Assembly (NCBI GenBank): GCA_963716145.1
Contig: OY970292.1
Location: forward strand, 12,104 to 76,103
Length of the DNA stretch: 64,000 nucleotides
Direction: 5' to 3'
From: Candidatus Levyibacteriota bacterium
GTDB taxonomy: Bacteria > Patescibacteriota > Microgenomatia > Levybacterales > UBA12049
Shown: one piece after another, positions 17,736-26,811 of the stretch
Layout: every line of letters begins with the position of its first letter
How positions within the stretch are numbered: the stretch's first letter is position 1
Program-made: the position numbers and the translations under genes
The notes under the pieces: model-generated
Told to the model about the DNA's origin: nothing
Seen by the model: only the letters and a program-made list of their open reading frames with translations
The model's database searches: none

Positions 17736-19127
17736 ATGGTCAGAACACGTATCCCCCCAAGCCCTACCGGAGAAGATATTCACATAGGAAATTTATACAC
17801 GGCTCTGATGAATTATTCATTCGCCAAAAAAAATGAGGGAAAATTCATAATTCGGATTGAAGACACCGATAGAGAGCGTTTCATTGAAGGATCAGAAGAA
17901 AAAATTCTTGCTTCTTTAAAATCATACGGCTTGCAGTATGATGAAGGACCAGACAATGGCGGTCCTTACGAGCCTTACAGGCAGTCAGAACGTCTTCCGA
18001 TTTATAAAAAGTATGCTGATGAATTGATAGAAAAAAAAGTTGCATATTATTGTTTTTGTTCAAAAGAGCGTTTGGAAGAGCTCCGTAATTCTCAGTTGAA
18101 AGATGGTAAAAAGACCAGGTATGATAAATTCTGTTTACAAAACGTTAAAGACGGGCCTGAAAGGGTAAAAAAAGGAGAAGCGCATGTTGTACGCTTAAAC
18201 GTTTTGCCAAATAAAAAGATCTGGTTTGAAGACCTCATCCGGGGGCAGATCACAATTGATTCTTCAGAGATTGATGACCAGGTTCTTTTAAAATCGGATG
18301 GGTATCCGACATATCATTTGGCGGTTGTTGTTGATGATCATCTGATGGAAATAACCCATGTTATCCGCGCCGAAGAATGGATTTCCTCAACCCCAAAGCA
18401 CGTTTTACTTTATGAGTCTTTTGGTTGGGAGCAGCCAATTTTTGCCCATATGCCGATTCTTAGAAATCCGGATAAGTCCAAACTTTCAAAACGTAAGAAT
18501 CCGGTTTGGGCATCTTGGTACCTGAAAGAAGGAATTCTTCCTGAAGCAATGCTTAATTACCTTGCGCTTCTTGGCTGGAGCCATCCTGAGGAGAAGGAAA
18601 TTTTCCCCCTTTCTGAATTTATAGATTTATTTAAGCTGGAAGACGTAAAACCGGTTGGGCCGATTTTTGATTTTGTAAAATTAAAATGGATGAATCAGCA
18701 GTATGTCCTCAAGATGACAGATGCTGAGCTTAAAGATAAAATTAAAGAATTTTCTTCAAAAGCCAAGAGCTTAGAACCTGAAGTATTGGACGCTCTGATT
18801 CCTCTTATTAAGTCCCGCATGGAAACACTGGCGGACTTTGAGAAATTGACCGGAGTTTTTTTTGATGAAATAAAGGAAATAAGTTTTGATCAAAAAGAAA
18901 AACAGATTGCAGTAAGCTTGAGTGATGAGTTGTCAAAAATTAAAGACTGGAAACATGATGATATTTTTAATACTATTAAAGAGACGATGGTTACCAATAA
19001 ATTAAGAATGCCCGTATTTTATAGATTATTTATAGGAGAGGAGCGGGGATTGCCGCTCCCGGAAACACTTGAGATCCTGGGTCAGGAAAAATCGGTTGAA
19101 AGACTTAAGGAGGTAGCAGCTAAATGA
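17736..19127 (+). CDS. gltX: Glutamate--tRNA ligase
   Basis: PSPTGEDIHIGN (HIGH) and KLSKR (KMSKS) class I motifs. 463 aa. Confidence 0.85.
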   Translation: MVRTRIPPSPTGEDIHIGNLYTALMNYSFAKKNEGKFIIRIEDTDRERFIEGSEEKILASLKSYGLQYDEGPDNGGPYEPYRQSERLPIYKKYADELIEKKVAYYCFCSKERLEELRNSQLKDGKKTRYDKFCLQNVKDGPERVKKGEAHVVRLNVLPNKKIWFEDLIRGQITIDSSEIDDQVLLKSDGYPTYHLAVVVDDHLMEITHVIRAEEWISSTPKHVLLYESFGWEQPIFAHMPILRNPDKSKLSKRKNPVWASWYLKEGILPEAMLNYLALLGWSHPEEKEIFPLSEFIDLFKLEDVKPVGPIFDFVKLKWMNQQYVLKMTDAELKDKIKEFSSKAKSLEPEVLDALIPLIKSRMETLADFEKLTGVFFDEIKEISFDQKEKQIAVSLSDELSKIKDWKHDDIFNTIKETMVTNKLRMPVFYRLFIGEERGLPLPETLEILGQEKSVERLKEVAAK

Positions 19128-19714
19128 ACTTTTCATTGGCTCGATTTGTTTCCTTTATTTTTAATCCTCTATTAATCTTGACCGTCTTACCGTACTTTCT
19201 TGTCTACAAATCAACAAATAATGTCAACTCCGCTCTACTTTGGACTGTTTATACTGCTGTTTTTCTATTCGCAATTGCAGTATTTATATTTGTAGGAGTA
19301 CGGCGTAAAATATTTACCGACTGGGATGTTTCAGTTCGTAAGCAGCGCCCGGTTCTTTTTTCCTTTTTTCTTATTTTGGGAGTTATTTATTTGTTGGGGC
19401 TGTTCTTATTTCAGGCTCCGCGCATCCTATTTATAGTAACTACGAGTTTGCTGGTTGGAGTTTTGGTAGTGAGTGCTATAAATATTAAGATTAAGGCAAG
19501 TCTTCATGTAGCAACGGTGGCGGCACTTATTTTAGGCATTGTTCTGGGTTTGGGCGGATATTATATATTTTTACTTCTTGTTGTGCCTCTTGTCGGCTGG
19601 TCCAGAGTAAAGCTGAAGAGACATTCTGTCTCAGAAACTGTAGTTGGCGGAGTTGTCGGTAGTCTGTTATTATTGGGAATATACGCCTTTTTTGAAGTGT
19701 TTTTACAGAAATAG
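19124..19714 (+). CDS. PAP2-family lipid phosphatase (PgpB-like)
   Basis: Polytopic protein. KQRP, SLH and SRVKLKRHSVSE match the KxxxxxxRP / SGH / SRxxxxxHxxxD/E PAP2 motifs. It overlaps the gltX stop. Confidence 0.55.
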   Translation: MNFSLARFVSFIFNPLLILTVLPYFLVYKSTNNVNSALLWTVYTAVFLFAIAVFIFVGVRRKIFTDWDVSVRKQRPVLFSFFLILGVIYLLGLFLFQAPRILFIVTTSLLVGVLVVSAINIKIKASLHVATVAALILGIVLGLGGYYIFLLLVVPLVGWSRVKLKRHSVSETVVGGVVGSLLLLGIYAFFEVFLQK

Positions 19715-19717
19715 ATT

Positions 19718-20086
19718 ATGGATTTTAAGAAATTTAAAAAATCTTTCGGCTTCGCCTTATCAGGTATAGATTATGCTCTTAACAGCGATCAGAATCTGGT
19801 TGTGCATTTTATTGTCTCGTTTCTGGTGATAATAGCTAGTATTATTTTGAAAATAACCACATTTGAAATGGCAATTCTGGGTCTTACAATCCTTATTGTT
19901 ATTACAACTGAAATGCTGAATACTTCAATTGAGAAAGTAACTGATTTGGTCACCAAAGAACATAGAATGGATGCAAAAATCGCAAAAGATGTAGCATCGG
20001 GAATGGTTTTGATAACAGCTATGGGTTCAATAATAATCGGTATACTTATTTTTCTCCCCCACATCCTCCATTTATTTCGCATATAA
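19718..20086 (+). CDS. dgkA: Diacylglycerol/undecaprenol kinase (DgkA family)
   Basis: 122 aa, 3 TM. The EMLNTSIEKVTDLV and AKDVASGMVLI motifs are typical of prokaryotic DAGK. Confidence 0.7.
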   Translation: MDFKKFKKSFGFALSGIDYALNSDQNLVVHFIVSFLVIIASIILKITTFEMAILGLTILIVITTEMLNTSIEKVTDLVTKEHRMDAKIAKDVASGMVLITAMGSIIIGILIFLPHILHLFRI

Positions 20087-20130
20087 ATAGCTTTTTGGGT
20101 TGGAGTTTAGTAAAATGAAGCTTGTTTAAA

Positions 20131-20201
20131 TAATATTACCGAGTCGCCCGCCTCGACTCGCAGTCGCTTGTCGACGCGAGGCGGGTCTAATGGTAGGACA
20201 A
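20131..20201 (+). repeat. Duplicated 5' half of tRNA-Gln (pseudo-tRNA fragment with 6 nt of 5' flank). It is interrupted in the D-arm by a 39-nt perfect palindrome.
   Basis: taatatTACCGAGTCG[cccgcctcgactcgcagtcgcttgtcgacgcgaggcggg]TCTAATGGTAGGACAA matches positions -6..27 of the intact tRNA-Gln at 20453, except for the inserted hairpin (CCCGCCTCG...CGAGGCGGG). Confidence 0.5.
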
Positions 20202-20203
20202 AA

Positions 20204-20449
20204 ATGAAATATACAGTCTATGTTCTTTCTAGCTTAAGCACCCCTAAAAGTTATGTTGGATATACTGATAATCTAGATCGAAGACTTGGGGAACACAATT
20301 CGGGGAAAAACAATTATACACAAAAATATAAGCCTTGGAAGGTTGTGCATACAGAATCATTTAAGTCTATGGAGGAAGCAGTAGGAAGAGAAAAATATCT
20401 TAAATCAGCAAGTGGAAGAAAGTTAGTGCTAAAAAAATTATTTACTTAA
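20204..20449 (+). CDS. GIY-YIG nuclease-domain protein (small free-standing, about 81 aa)
   Basis: MKYTVYVLSS...KSYVGYTDNLDRRLGEHNSG...W contains the GIY..YIG..R..EH core. The start was set to the Met at 20204, since the ORF-track start at 20168 lies inside the pseudo-tRNA. The ORF ends 3 nt before tRNA-Gln. Confidence 0.7.
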   Translation: MKYTVYVLSSLSTPKSYVGYTDNLDRRLGEHNSGKNNYTQKYKPWKVVHTESFKSMEEAVGREKYLKSASGRKLVLKKLFT

Positions 20450-20452
20450 TAT

Positions 20453-20526
20453 TACCGAGTCGTCTAATGGTAGGACAACAGATTCTGGATCTGTTTATTG
20501 GGGTTCGAGTCCCTGCTCGGTAGCCA
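20453..20526 (+). tRNA. tRNA-Gln (anticodon CTG), with encoded CCA
   Basis: Manual fold. Acceptor TACCGAG/CTCGGTA. D-stem GTCT/GGAC. Anticodon stem ACAGA/TCTGT with loop TTCTGGA. T-arm TGGGG-TTCGAGT-CCCTG. Discriminator G, then CCA. Confidence 0.8.
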
Positions 20527-20574
20527 TACCTTTGAGTGCCACTGACCGAGGTCTCTATTTATCTTGGTAAAGAT

Positions 20575-21192
20575 ATGAAAAATCCAACAAGTACAATTAA
20601 CCACGTTGATAGAAACACGCCTCCTGGACAACATGTCATAAAAATCGCCAAACCTGGATACGATGTCACAGATCTTAATAAAGAACGAGCAGTTAATTAC
20701 TCAAAGAAAAAAATATTACCCCATTTATTATCTGCTCTTGCCTTGCCTTATCTTATAGGGGCAAGACGTCAAGTAATCAGGTATCTAGAGGTAGCTTCAA
20801 CACTTGAGAATAATTCTATTGTGGGAACCCAGGGGTGCATACACGAAGTGTCAACTCTTTTTGAAGATCTCAATACAGTAGGTAAATATATGAAAAAATG
20901 TGGAAAAGAAAATGAATTACATAAATTGTGGCTTGATGTCCGTAATCACATAAGACACGACATCAGAGAAGAACTGGACAATGAAAGTCGTGAAGAAAAA
21001 ATTTCGAGAGCAAAGAATCTCAAACTGCATCCTAAACTTCAAATGAGTATGGGTTTTACAGTTGATCATATAACAGTCGGGGGTACAAATATAGAAATTA
21101 AACAAATTACTAATTATCTAAATTGGGCAGATGATATTATAACTTCTATTTTAGAAGAGGCCAAGAAAAAAGGATTCTATAAAAGTAATTAA
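20575..21192 (+). CDS. Hypothetical protein immediately downstream of tRNA-Gln
   Basis: ORF. The start was set to the ATG at 20575. No recognisable domain. Its tRNA-adjacent position suggests island cargo. Confidence 0.35.
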   Translation: MKNPTSTINHVDRNTPPGQHVIKIAKPGYDVTDLNKERAVNYSKKKILPHLLSALALPYLIGARRQVIRYLEVASTLENNSIVGTQGCIHEVSTLFEDLNTVGKYMKKCGKENELHKLWLDVRNHIRHDIREELDNESREEKISRAKNLKLHPKLQMSMGFTVDHITVGGTNIEIKQITNYLNWADDIITSILEEAKKKGFYKSN

Positions 21193-21361
21193 TATGTAAA
21201 ATCATCTCATCATTTGATACACTCCTTTTAATTATCACGCTAGCCTCAAATGCTAGCACCGCTATAATGATAAAATGGTTATTGACCGATATGCTTAGCC
21301 ATGTGGTTCGTAAACCCACCGTGATCCTATATTGATCTATAAAGTCTGATATACTGCTTTT

Positions 21362-21622
21362 GTGAAACGCTTTTGGTTTAAAAGAAAAATTTATGGTTGG
21401 GGATGGTATCCTGCGACATGGCCGGGGTGGTTAATAACCTTTGGATATCTAGCAATAGTATTTTTGTTTTCCGCGACAGTTGATGAAAGTTCACCGCCCC
21501 AAGAGATAGCGTTTACATTTTATATTCCAGTGTTTTTATTAACAGTAGCATTTATCCGAATTGCCTATAATACCGGTGAGACACCAAAATGGCAGTGGGG
21601 CAAAAAGAATAGCAAGTCCTGA
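21362..21622 (+). CDS. Small Trp-rich membrane protein
   Basis: 86 aa with two predicted TM helices. It lies upstream of the amidase. Confidence 0.3.
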   Translation: MKRFWFKRKIYGWGWYPATWPGWLITFGYLAIVFLFSATVDESSPPQEIAFTFYIPVFLLTVAFIRIAYNTGETPKWQWGKKNSKS

Positions 21623-21676
21623 ATTTGTCACCGTTGTTGCTTAATCAGCACAGTCCTGTTAGACTGGTTTTATACT

Positions 21677-23212
21677 TTGGAAAATTTAATTGTTAGGGGT
21701 CAAGAGAATATTCGTCACAAAAGAAGATCCGCAGATATAACTAGACAGCTGTTTTTGATAATAGCTGCAGCCAGCATAGCGCTATTTAGTCCTCTATCAG
21801 CAATTGCCGCTACACCAACATCAACTATACCCGTTCAATACCGCAGTAGCGGTAAAACCGCACCCGATGGCAACTTGCCTGTGAGTTCCTCATTTGCGGC
21901 TAAGAGCGCATCGCCAAGCCCTGCGATTCAAGCAAATTTTCCAACTCCTCCGCCTAATCAGCAACCTGAATGCCCAGCGGTTCTTATGACTAAGTGTCAC
22001 TTCGTGCCCGCTGCATACATTCAAAATGATCCGAATAACAAGGTTGATTATGGTAATTACGATTTTGCCAACCGGCCCAACGGCGGTCTTGTTTCACAGC
22101 CTGGGAAGAAGCTGGAGATCACCAGTGTTGTAATACATGATACGGAAGGACCACTTGAGAGCGCGATCGCGACATTTAAAGATCCCACCTCATATGTCAG
22201 CGCGCACTACATTATTGATAAAGACGGTCAAATTTATCAGATGGTGCGGACCAAAGACGTAGCTTGGCATGCAGGTAATTGGTACACCAATATTCACTCA
22301 ATTGGTATTGAGCACGTTGGTCACGCAGTGAATGGACGAGTTGAATACACACCCGCCATGTATGCCTCAAGCGCTTTGCTTACCAAATATCTGGCACAGC
22401 GCTACAATTTCCCAATGGACCATGCGCACATTCTCGGCCATGACAATGTACAAGGTCCCACCCAGGCTTTTGTTGCTGGCATGCACTATGATCCGGGTCC
22501 ATTCTGGAATTGGCAGATGGAATTCTCTATTATGGGTGTTCCGCTTCCGACAATTGATCTAACCAGCCCATTGGTTACCATAACTAAGCCTTTTACCATG
22601 GATAATAATTCACCGGTCCAGGATTGCTCAAGCGGCACATGTGTGGCTTTGCCCAATCAGCCCACTAATTTTGTTTACTTACGTACTTCACCCAGCAGCA
22701 CAGCGCCGCTTTTATCGGACGCGGCAATTCATCCTGATGGTAGTCCTGGTACTACGCGCATTGAAGACTGGTCGGCAACGGCTGTCTATGGTCAGCAATT
22801 TGCAGTTGCTAAAAAGCAGGGGGATTGGACTGCAATTTGGTTTGGCGGAAAAATGGGTTGGTTTCAAAACCAAGGCCAAGTCCGCAACGCTCTTCCAAGC
22901 CGTGGTCAGTATGTAACGCCAAAATTAGGAGTAAGCAGTATTCCGGTATATGGCCGTGCTTATCCTGAGAGCAGTGCATATAATGGTACTCAGGTGCCTG
23001 TTCAGTCGGTAGTTCCGCTTGACTATACTATTCCGGCAGGCCAGCGCTACAGTACCAGTGGGCCCGTGAGTGCTGATTATTACTATGCTTGGGCTATTGA
23101 CGCAAGCCTGCCTGATGATCATACTGTGGTTGTAGGCAATAAAGTTTACTTGCAGATCCAGTACAATCACCGCATCGCCTACGTCGACCGCGACGACATA
23201 ATTCTGAAATAG
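21677..23212 (+). CDS. N-acetylmuramoyl-L-alanine amidase (Amidase_2/PGRP domain) with a signal peptide and a large C-terminal domain
   Basis: Amidase_2 core: VVIHDTEGPLESAI...SAHYIIDKDGQIYQMV...AWHAGNWYTNIHSIGIEHVGH...ILGHDNV...HYDPGPFWNW. Confidence 0.75.
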   Translation: MENLIVRGQENIRHKRRSADITRQLFLIIAAASIALFSPLSAIAATPTSTIPVQYRSSGKTAPDGNLPVSSSFAAKSASPSPAIQANFPTPPPNQQPECPAVLMTKCHFVPAAYIQNDPNNKVDYGNYDFANRPNGGLVSQPGKKLEITSVVIHDTEGPLESAIATFKDPTSYVSAHYIIDKDGQIYQMVRTKDVAWHAGNWYTNIHSIGIEHVGHAVNGRVEYTPAMYASSALLTKYLAQRYNFPMDHAHILGHDNVQGPTQAFVAGMHYDPGPFWNWQMEFSIMGVPLPTIDLTSPLVTITKPFTMDNNSPVQDCSSGTCVALPNQPTNFVYLRTSPSSTAPLLSDAAIHPDGSPGTTRIEDWSATAVYGQQFAVAKKQGDWTAIWFGGKMGWFQNQGQVRNALPSRGQYVTPKLGVSSIPVYGRAYPESSAYNGTQVPVQSVVPLDYTIPAGQRYSTSGPVSADYYYAWAIDASLPDDHTVVVGNKVYLQIQYNHRIAYVDRDDIILK

Positions 23213-23220
23213 TTTATTTT

Positions 23221-23808
23221 ATGAAAAAAGTTTTAATTATAGTTGCTTTTCTAGTTTTGTTGTCTGTGATAGCTTATTTAGTCTTGAGTAAAAAATCTCA
23301 ACCAGTTGCAACCCAACCCGCTGCGCAAAATGCCCTCCAGCCAACAGCTACAAATCAGCCGGCAGTTGTCACAGAGAGTCCTTCAGTAGCAGGGCCTGCT
23401 GAATTTAACATACCACAGTTTGGTGTGAAAATTGTCTTACCGGATAATATAAAAGACTTGAAGTATTCCTCATCAAATAGTGGAAATCCTACGGTTAGCT
23501 TCTCTACAGTTTCGCTTGAAGCAGCTGGAAATAAATTTAATACCGGTGCTTACAAGCCAACCGACTGCAATGCTGGAAAAGCTCCTCTTGGATTTCTAAT
23601 CCAGTTTAATCCAGGTGACCAGGCTCCTATGAATCCTCCAGGGACAACAATTGAACAGGTATCGATCGCCAAGAAAGTAGGGAACCATTATTACATTTAT
23701 CAACCCCCCCAAGCTCCTTGCTCTAGCAATTCTGAGGTTGAAAGCCTTCACGCAAGCCAAAAAACTTCTTTACAACAAGCAATAAACTCCAGCCTGGCAG
23801 TTAATTAA
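23221..23808 (+). CDS. Secreted/anchored hypothetical protein
   Basis: N-terminal TM/signal. Gln/Pro-rich linker. No known domain. Confidence 0.35.
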   Translation: MKKVLIIVAFLVLLSVIAYLVLSKKSQPVATQPAAQNALQPTATNQPAVVTESPSVAGPAEFNIPQFGVKIVLPDNIKDLKYSSSNSGNPTVSFSTVSLEAAGNKFNTGAYKPTDCNAGKAPLGFLIQFNPGDQAPMNPPGTTIEQVSIAKKVGNHYYIYQPPQAPCSSNSEVESLHASQKTSLQQAINSSLAVN

Positions 23809-24114
23809 TTTATCCAACTTCTCCTTGAACTCAAGCCCAGCTTCTGCTACATTAGGCTTAATTGTTTTTTGCTCAAATGAATCCCCTTGAAGAATTAATA
23901 ATTGAGATGATGCCCTTTCCTAGGGAATTAAAAGAATTTTGTAAGACCCATCCAAGTTTCGGTAAGGCCTTAAAAATTATTTATCACGATAGGTTTATAG
24001 CGCTTCAAGCAGTAGGAACTTCTGGCTTCCCCTAACTATCCAGATGATGAGGTAATTGGATTTTATGTTTATGACTATGGAACGAAAAATCCTCAATTCA
24101 AACAAGATTTTATA

Positions 24115-24417
24115 GTGAATAAAGGAGGGAAAAAGAAGGAGTTTGTCCTATATACGGGTTTTAGCGATGTAATTGACAATAAATTAGTAAAACACGTAAA
24201 CGAGTTTCTATCAACTTATGGAAAGGGAGGATACTATAAAAATGCACACCGGCCAAAATTTGAAGAATTCACCGATGAGCTCAAGGAAAGAGCTCTTAAA
24301 GCAATTGATTTAGGAAACAAGCGCAAAAAGTACGGATATACGCAACCAACAATGGAACATATTAAGGAAATTGGGGATAAGGTACAGATGTTACGCAATA
24401 AAGGTGAGTTAGATTAG
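24115..24417 (+). CDS. Hypothetical protein (start uncertain)
   Basis: The ORF frame is open back to 24016 without an ATG. GTG at 24115. An upstream 53-aa ORF (23877-24038) lies in another frame, so there may be another frameshift. Confidence 0.25.
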   Translation: MNKGGKKKEFVLYTGFSDVIDNKLVKHVNEFLSTYGKGGYYKNAHRPKFEEFTDELKERALKAIDLGNKRKKYGYTQPTMEHIKEIGDKVQMLRNKGELD

Positions 24418-24475
24418 CGGCAATTTATTCCCATAAGGAAAGTTGTTATCCAGCAGTAATTTCTTTAGAAGATCT

Positions 24476-24943
24476 TCATATTGTTAAATTGTGGCCGTGG
24501 CGTTTGAGCCAGAGCCGATATTCACGATACAGCGGGTGCATTTTTCTGACATTTTCCCAAAAAGCTCTTGAGTGATTCAGCTCTGTCAGGTGCGCCAGTT
24601 CATGAGCTACGACATAGTCAATTACAGGGAGAGGCGCCATGATGAGTTTCCAGTTAAAATTAAGATTTTTCTGACTGCTGCATGAGCCCCAGCGGGTAGT
24701 TGCCGCGACATTTCCCACACTTATAGAATTGAAATGCAACCCTGCGCGCCTCGAATAATGATAAACTTGCTCAGTAATTATTTTGCGCGCCTGCTCTCGA
24801 TACCAGCTCAATAAATAAGTCTCTGCATTTTTTGAGTTTGATATTCCCAGATATATTTTGTCTTCTACCTCAACAATGTTTTTCTGCCCAGAGCGTTCAG
24901 CAAGCTCATATTCTTTTCCCAAATATAAATATGCTTTCTTCAT
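24476..24943 (-). CDS. YgjP-like metal-dependent hydrolase (DUF45 / M48-family HExxH)
   Basis: VAHELAHLTELNHSRAFW is the DUF45 zinc-binding motif. It overlaps truB by 4 nt, suggesting an operon. Confidence 0.6.
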   Translation of the reverse strand: MKKAYLYLGKEYELAERSGQKNIVEVEDKIYLGISNSKNAETYLLSWYREQARKIITEQVYHYSRRAGLHFNSISVGNVAATTRWGSCSSQKNLNFNWKLIMAPLPVIDYVVAHELAHLTELNHSRAFWENVRKMHPLYREYRLWLKRHGHNLTI

Positions 24944-25710
24944 AATCGAATAGAATCTTGCAAAACATATTCGCCAACTTTTGTTCTGAGAATTGAAAGT
25001 GCAATTGCACCGGTGCTGACAAGTTCTCCCAATTCATTTGCTAGACTTCTGACATAGCTTCCTCTCGAGCAATTTATTTTAAATTTCGCGACAGTGAATT
25101 GTTGATTATGGTTTAATTCAAAAAAGTTGTGCCATTTTTTTAGTATTTCTTTTTGGCGGAAATCGCCATCAACGCTATTAATATTTTCTATAATTCTTTT
25201 TCTGATTTTATCTGCAGGAATTTGGTTTAAAATAAGCAATTCAAAATCGTGAATCTCAATTTCCCGCTCCGGGATTTTTATTTCCGATAATTTATTTTCC
25301 CGCGCCCATTGAAAAAGTGGCTTTCCTTTAACTTCCTTTGATGAATATGGGGGATAAGCTTGTTTTTGTTTACCAATTTTAGAATTAATAAATTTTTTTA
25401 TTTTTTCATCAAGATCAACAGGTATGGGTTTAGTAACTTTATTCTGTAAATATCCCAGTGCGTCATAGGTGTCAGTCGCGCAGCCAAACAAGACTTCAAA
25501 CTCATACTCTTTATCCAAATTTAAATATTTATCTCTGTTTTTTGTTTCCTCCCCAATCATAAGAACCATAACACCATGAGCCAGCGGATCAAGCCTGCCC
25601 GCGAATCCGATTTTTATATCCTTATACTCTTCATGTTCTTTTCTAAGTTTGGTTATTAACTGTAAGGGAGTTAAGCCAATTGGTTTATAAATATTTAGTA
25701 GTTTATTCAT
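24940..25710 (-). CDS. truB: tRNA pseudouridine(55) synthase
   Basis: GFAGRLDPLAHGVMVLMIGE contains the catalytic Asp motif. C-terminal PUA-like region. Confidence 0.8.
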   Translation of the reverse strand: MNKLLNIYKPIGLTPLQLITKLRKEHEEYKDIKIGFAGRLDPLAHGVMVLMIGEETKNRDKYLNLDKEYEFEVLFGCATDTYDALGYLQNKVTKPIPVDLDEKIKKFINSKIGKQKQAYPPYSSKEVKGKPLFQWARENKLSEIKIPEREIEIHDFELLILNQIPADKIRKRIIENINSVDGDFRQKEILKKWHNFFELNHNQQFTVAKFKINCSRGSYVRSLANELGELVSTGAIALSILRTKVGEYVLQDSIRL

Positions 25711-25746
25711 GTGTCTATTTTAGCATCAAGTGGTATAATTATTCTT

Positions 25747-26307
25747 ATGAAGATTGTTAAAAAGTTGATGCTTTTTGCTCTGGCATTTACATTTTACTTC
25801 ACAATTACCTCGTCTGTATTTGCGCATGGAGGAGTTGAAGAAAGTGATGGTCCGGTAACTGTCTACATATCGCAAGAGCCTATCTCCCCATTGGTTGGTG
25901 AAAAAGTAAAACTTCACTTTACTCTGAAAGATAAATCTATTGAGATTGAGAACGGAGACTTAAGTATGCAAAATTTGAAAAATATACCCGTAACTATTTC
26001 CGTAATCGATACATATTTTGGGGATGAGTCAAAAGATAAGGTAATCCTAAAAAAGGAATTGAAAACTGATGAAAACGGAGGATTTTCTTTTGAATATACT
26101 TTTGATAGAGAAAACTACTTTGATATTGATTTGGATTTTGTTGACTCAAGTGGAAAAAATAGGGAAGTCGGGCTTCTTATCCAGCCAAGAAAAGCAAAAA
26201 ACCAAAGTAATTTTTCTAAAGATTCGGCGGTTAAATTTTTTCTTTTGGGAGTCGGGACTTGCGCCTTAGTATTTATTGGTCTGAAGAAATCTAAAAACTC
26301 TAAATAG
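25747..26307 (+). CDS. Secreted hypothetical protein with an N-terminal signal and a C-terminal TM anchor
   Basis: MKIVKKLMLFALAFTFYFTITSSVFAHG signal peptide. C-terminal FFLLGVGTCALVFIGLKK anchor. The start was chosen at 25747 to leave a divergent promoter region. Confidence 0.4.
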   Translation: MKIVKKLMLFALAFTFYFTITSSVFAHGGVEESDGPVTVYISQEPISPLVGEKVKLHFTLKDKSIEIENGDLSMQNLKNIPVTISVIDTYFGDESKDKVILKKELKTDENGGFSFEYTFDRENYFDIDLDFVDSSGKNREVGLLIQPRKAKNQSNFSKDSAVKFFLLGVGTCALVFIGLKKSKNSK

Positions 26308-26318
26308 AAAAGAAGCAG

Positions 26319-26648
26319 CTATTTGGATTCTCCTTTATACTTTTTCTCAATTCCTGCTTTTTTATTATTAATTTCGGGATGTTTTTTGATAAGCTCATCC
26401 ATTTTTTCCTGAAGAGCTTTCATTTCTGCTTTTTGTGTAACCTCAATTATGAAAACCAGAATTAGAGTAACAAGAATTTCAAATGTATGAAGGCATTTAT
26501 ACCAGATATCATTGTAATGCATGGGAATTCCGATCAAAAACCATATAGCAATAATCGCAATTGTAATTATTATGGCCCAGGGATTACTTATAGCGTTATA
26601 AATCTTATTAGCCCATTTTAAGACATACATATTATTACCCTTTTTCAT
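26319..26648 (-). CDS. Small membrane protein, low-affinity iron permease-like (Fet4/PF04120-like)
   Basis: 2 TM followed by a charged coiled tail. FIIEVTQKAEMKALQEKMDELIKK resembles the family's LIQNSQNRD...KLDELI block. Weak assignment. Confidence 0.3.
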   Translation of the reverse strand: MKKGNNMYVLKWANKIYNAISNPWAIIITIAIIAIWFLIGIPMHYNDIWYKCLHTFEILVTLILVFIIEVTQKAEMKALQEKMDELIKKHPEINNKKAGIEKKYKGESK

Positions 26649-26721
26649 ATTATGGCTACATTATAACTTTTTTAACTGCAAATTTCTAATGCAAATTAAG
26701 TATTCATAATATGCCTTAATT

Positions 26722-26730
26722 TGGTATAAT
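26722..26730 (+). promoter_or_regulatory. Extended -10 box (TGgTATAAT) for purU
   Basis: It lies about 80 nt upstream of the purU ATG and precedes the structured leader. Confidence 0.3.
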
Positions 26731-26740
26731 AGCCACATGA

Positions 26741-26811
26741 TTCTTCGGCTCTGCTCAGGCCATCGGCTCTAGGGCTCAGGCTCGAAGAGATCATATTGAG
26801 TTTATCGAAAT
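26741..26811 (+). promoter_or_regulatory. Structured 5' leader / nested-hairpin repeat element upstream of purU
   Basis: The sequence is ttcttCGGCTCTgCTCAGGCcatCGGCTCTagGGCTCAGGCtcgaagagatcatatTGAGTTTATCGAAatATG. It has an internal direct repeat CGGCTCT..GCTCAGGC x2. Its 3' part, cata(c/t)TGAGTTTATCGAA(g/a)tATGaa, is shared with the leader at 45240-45281. Confidence 0.4.

Noticed and set aside
21193-21361. Small RNA or riboswitch in the 170-bp intergenic region before the 86-aa membrane protein
   Set aside because: It contains TATAAT-like boxes and a short GCTAGC-containing palindrome but no extended conserved structure. It is more simply explained as a promoter region.
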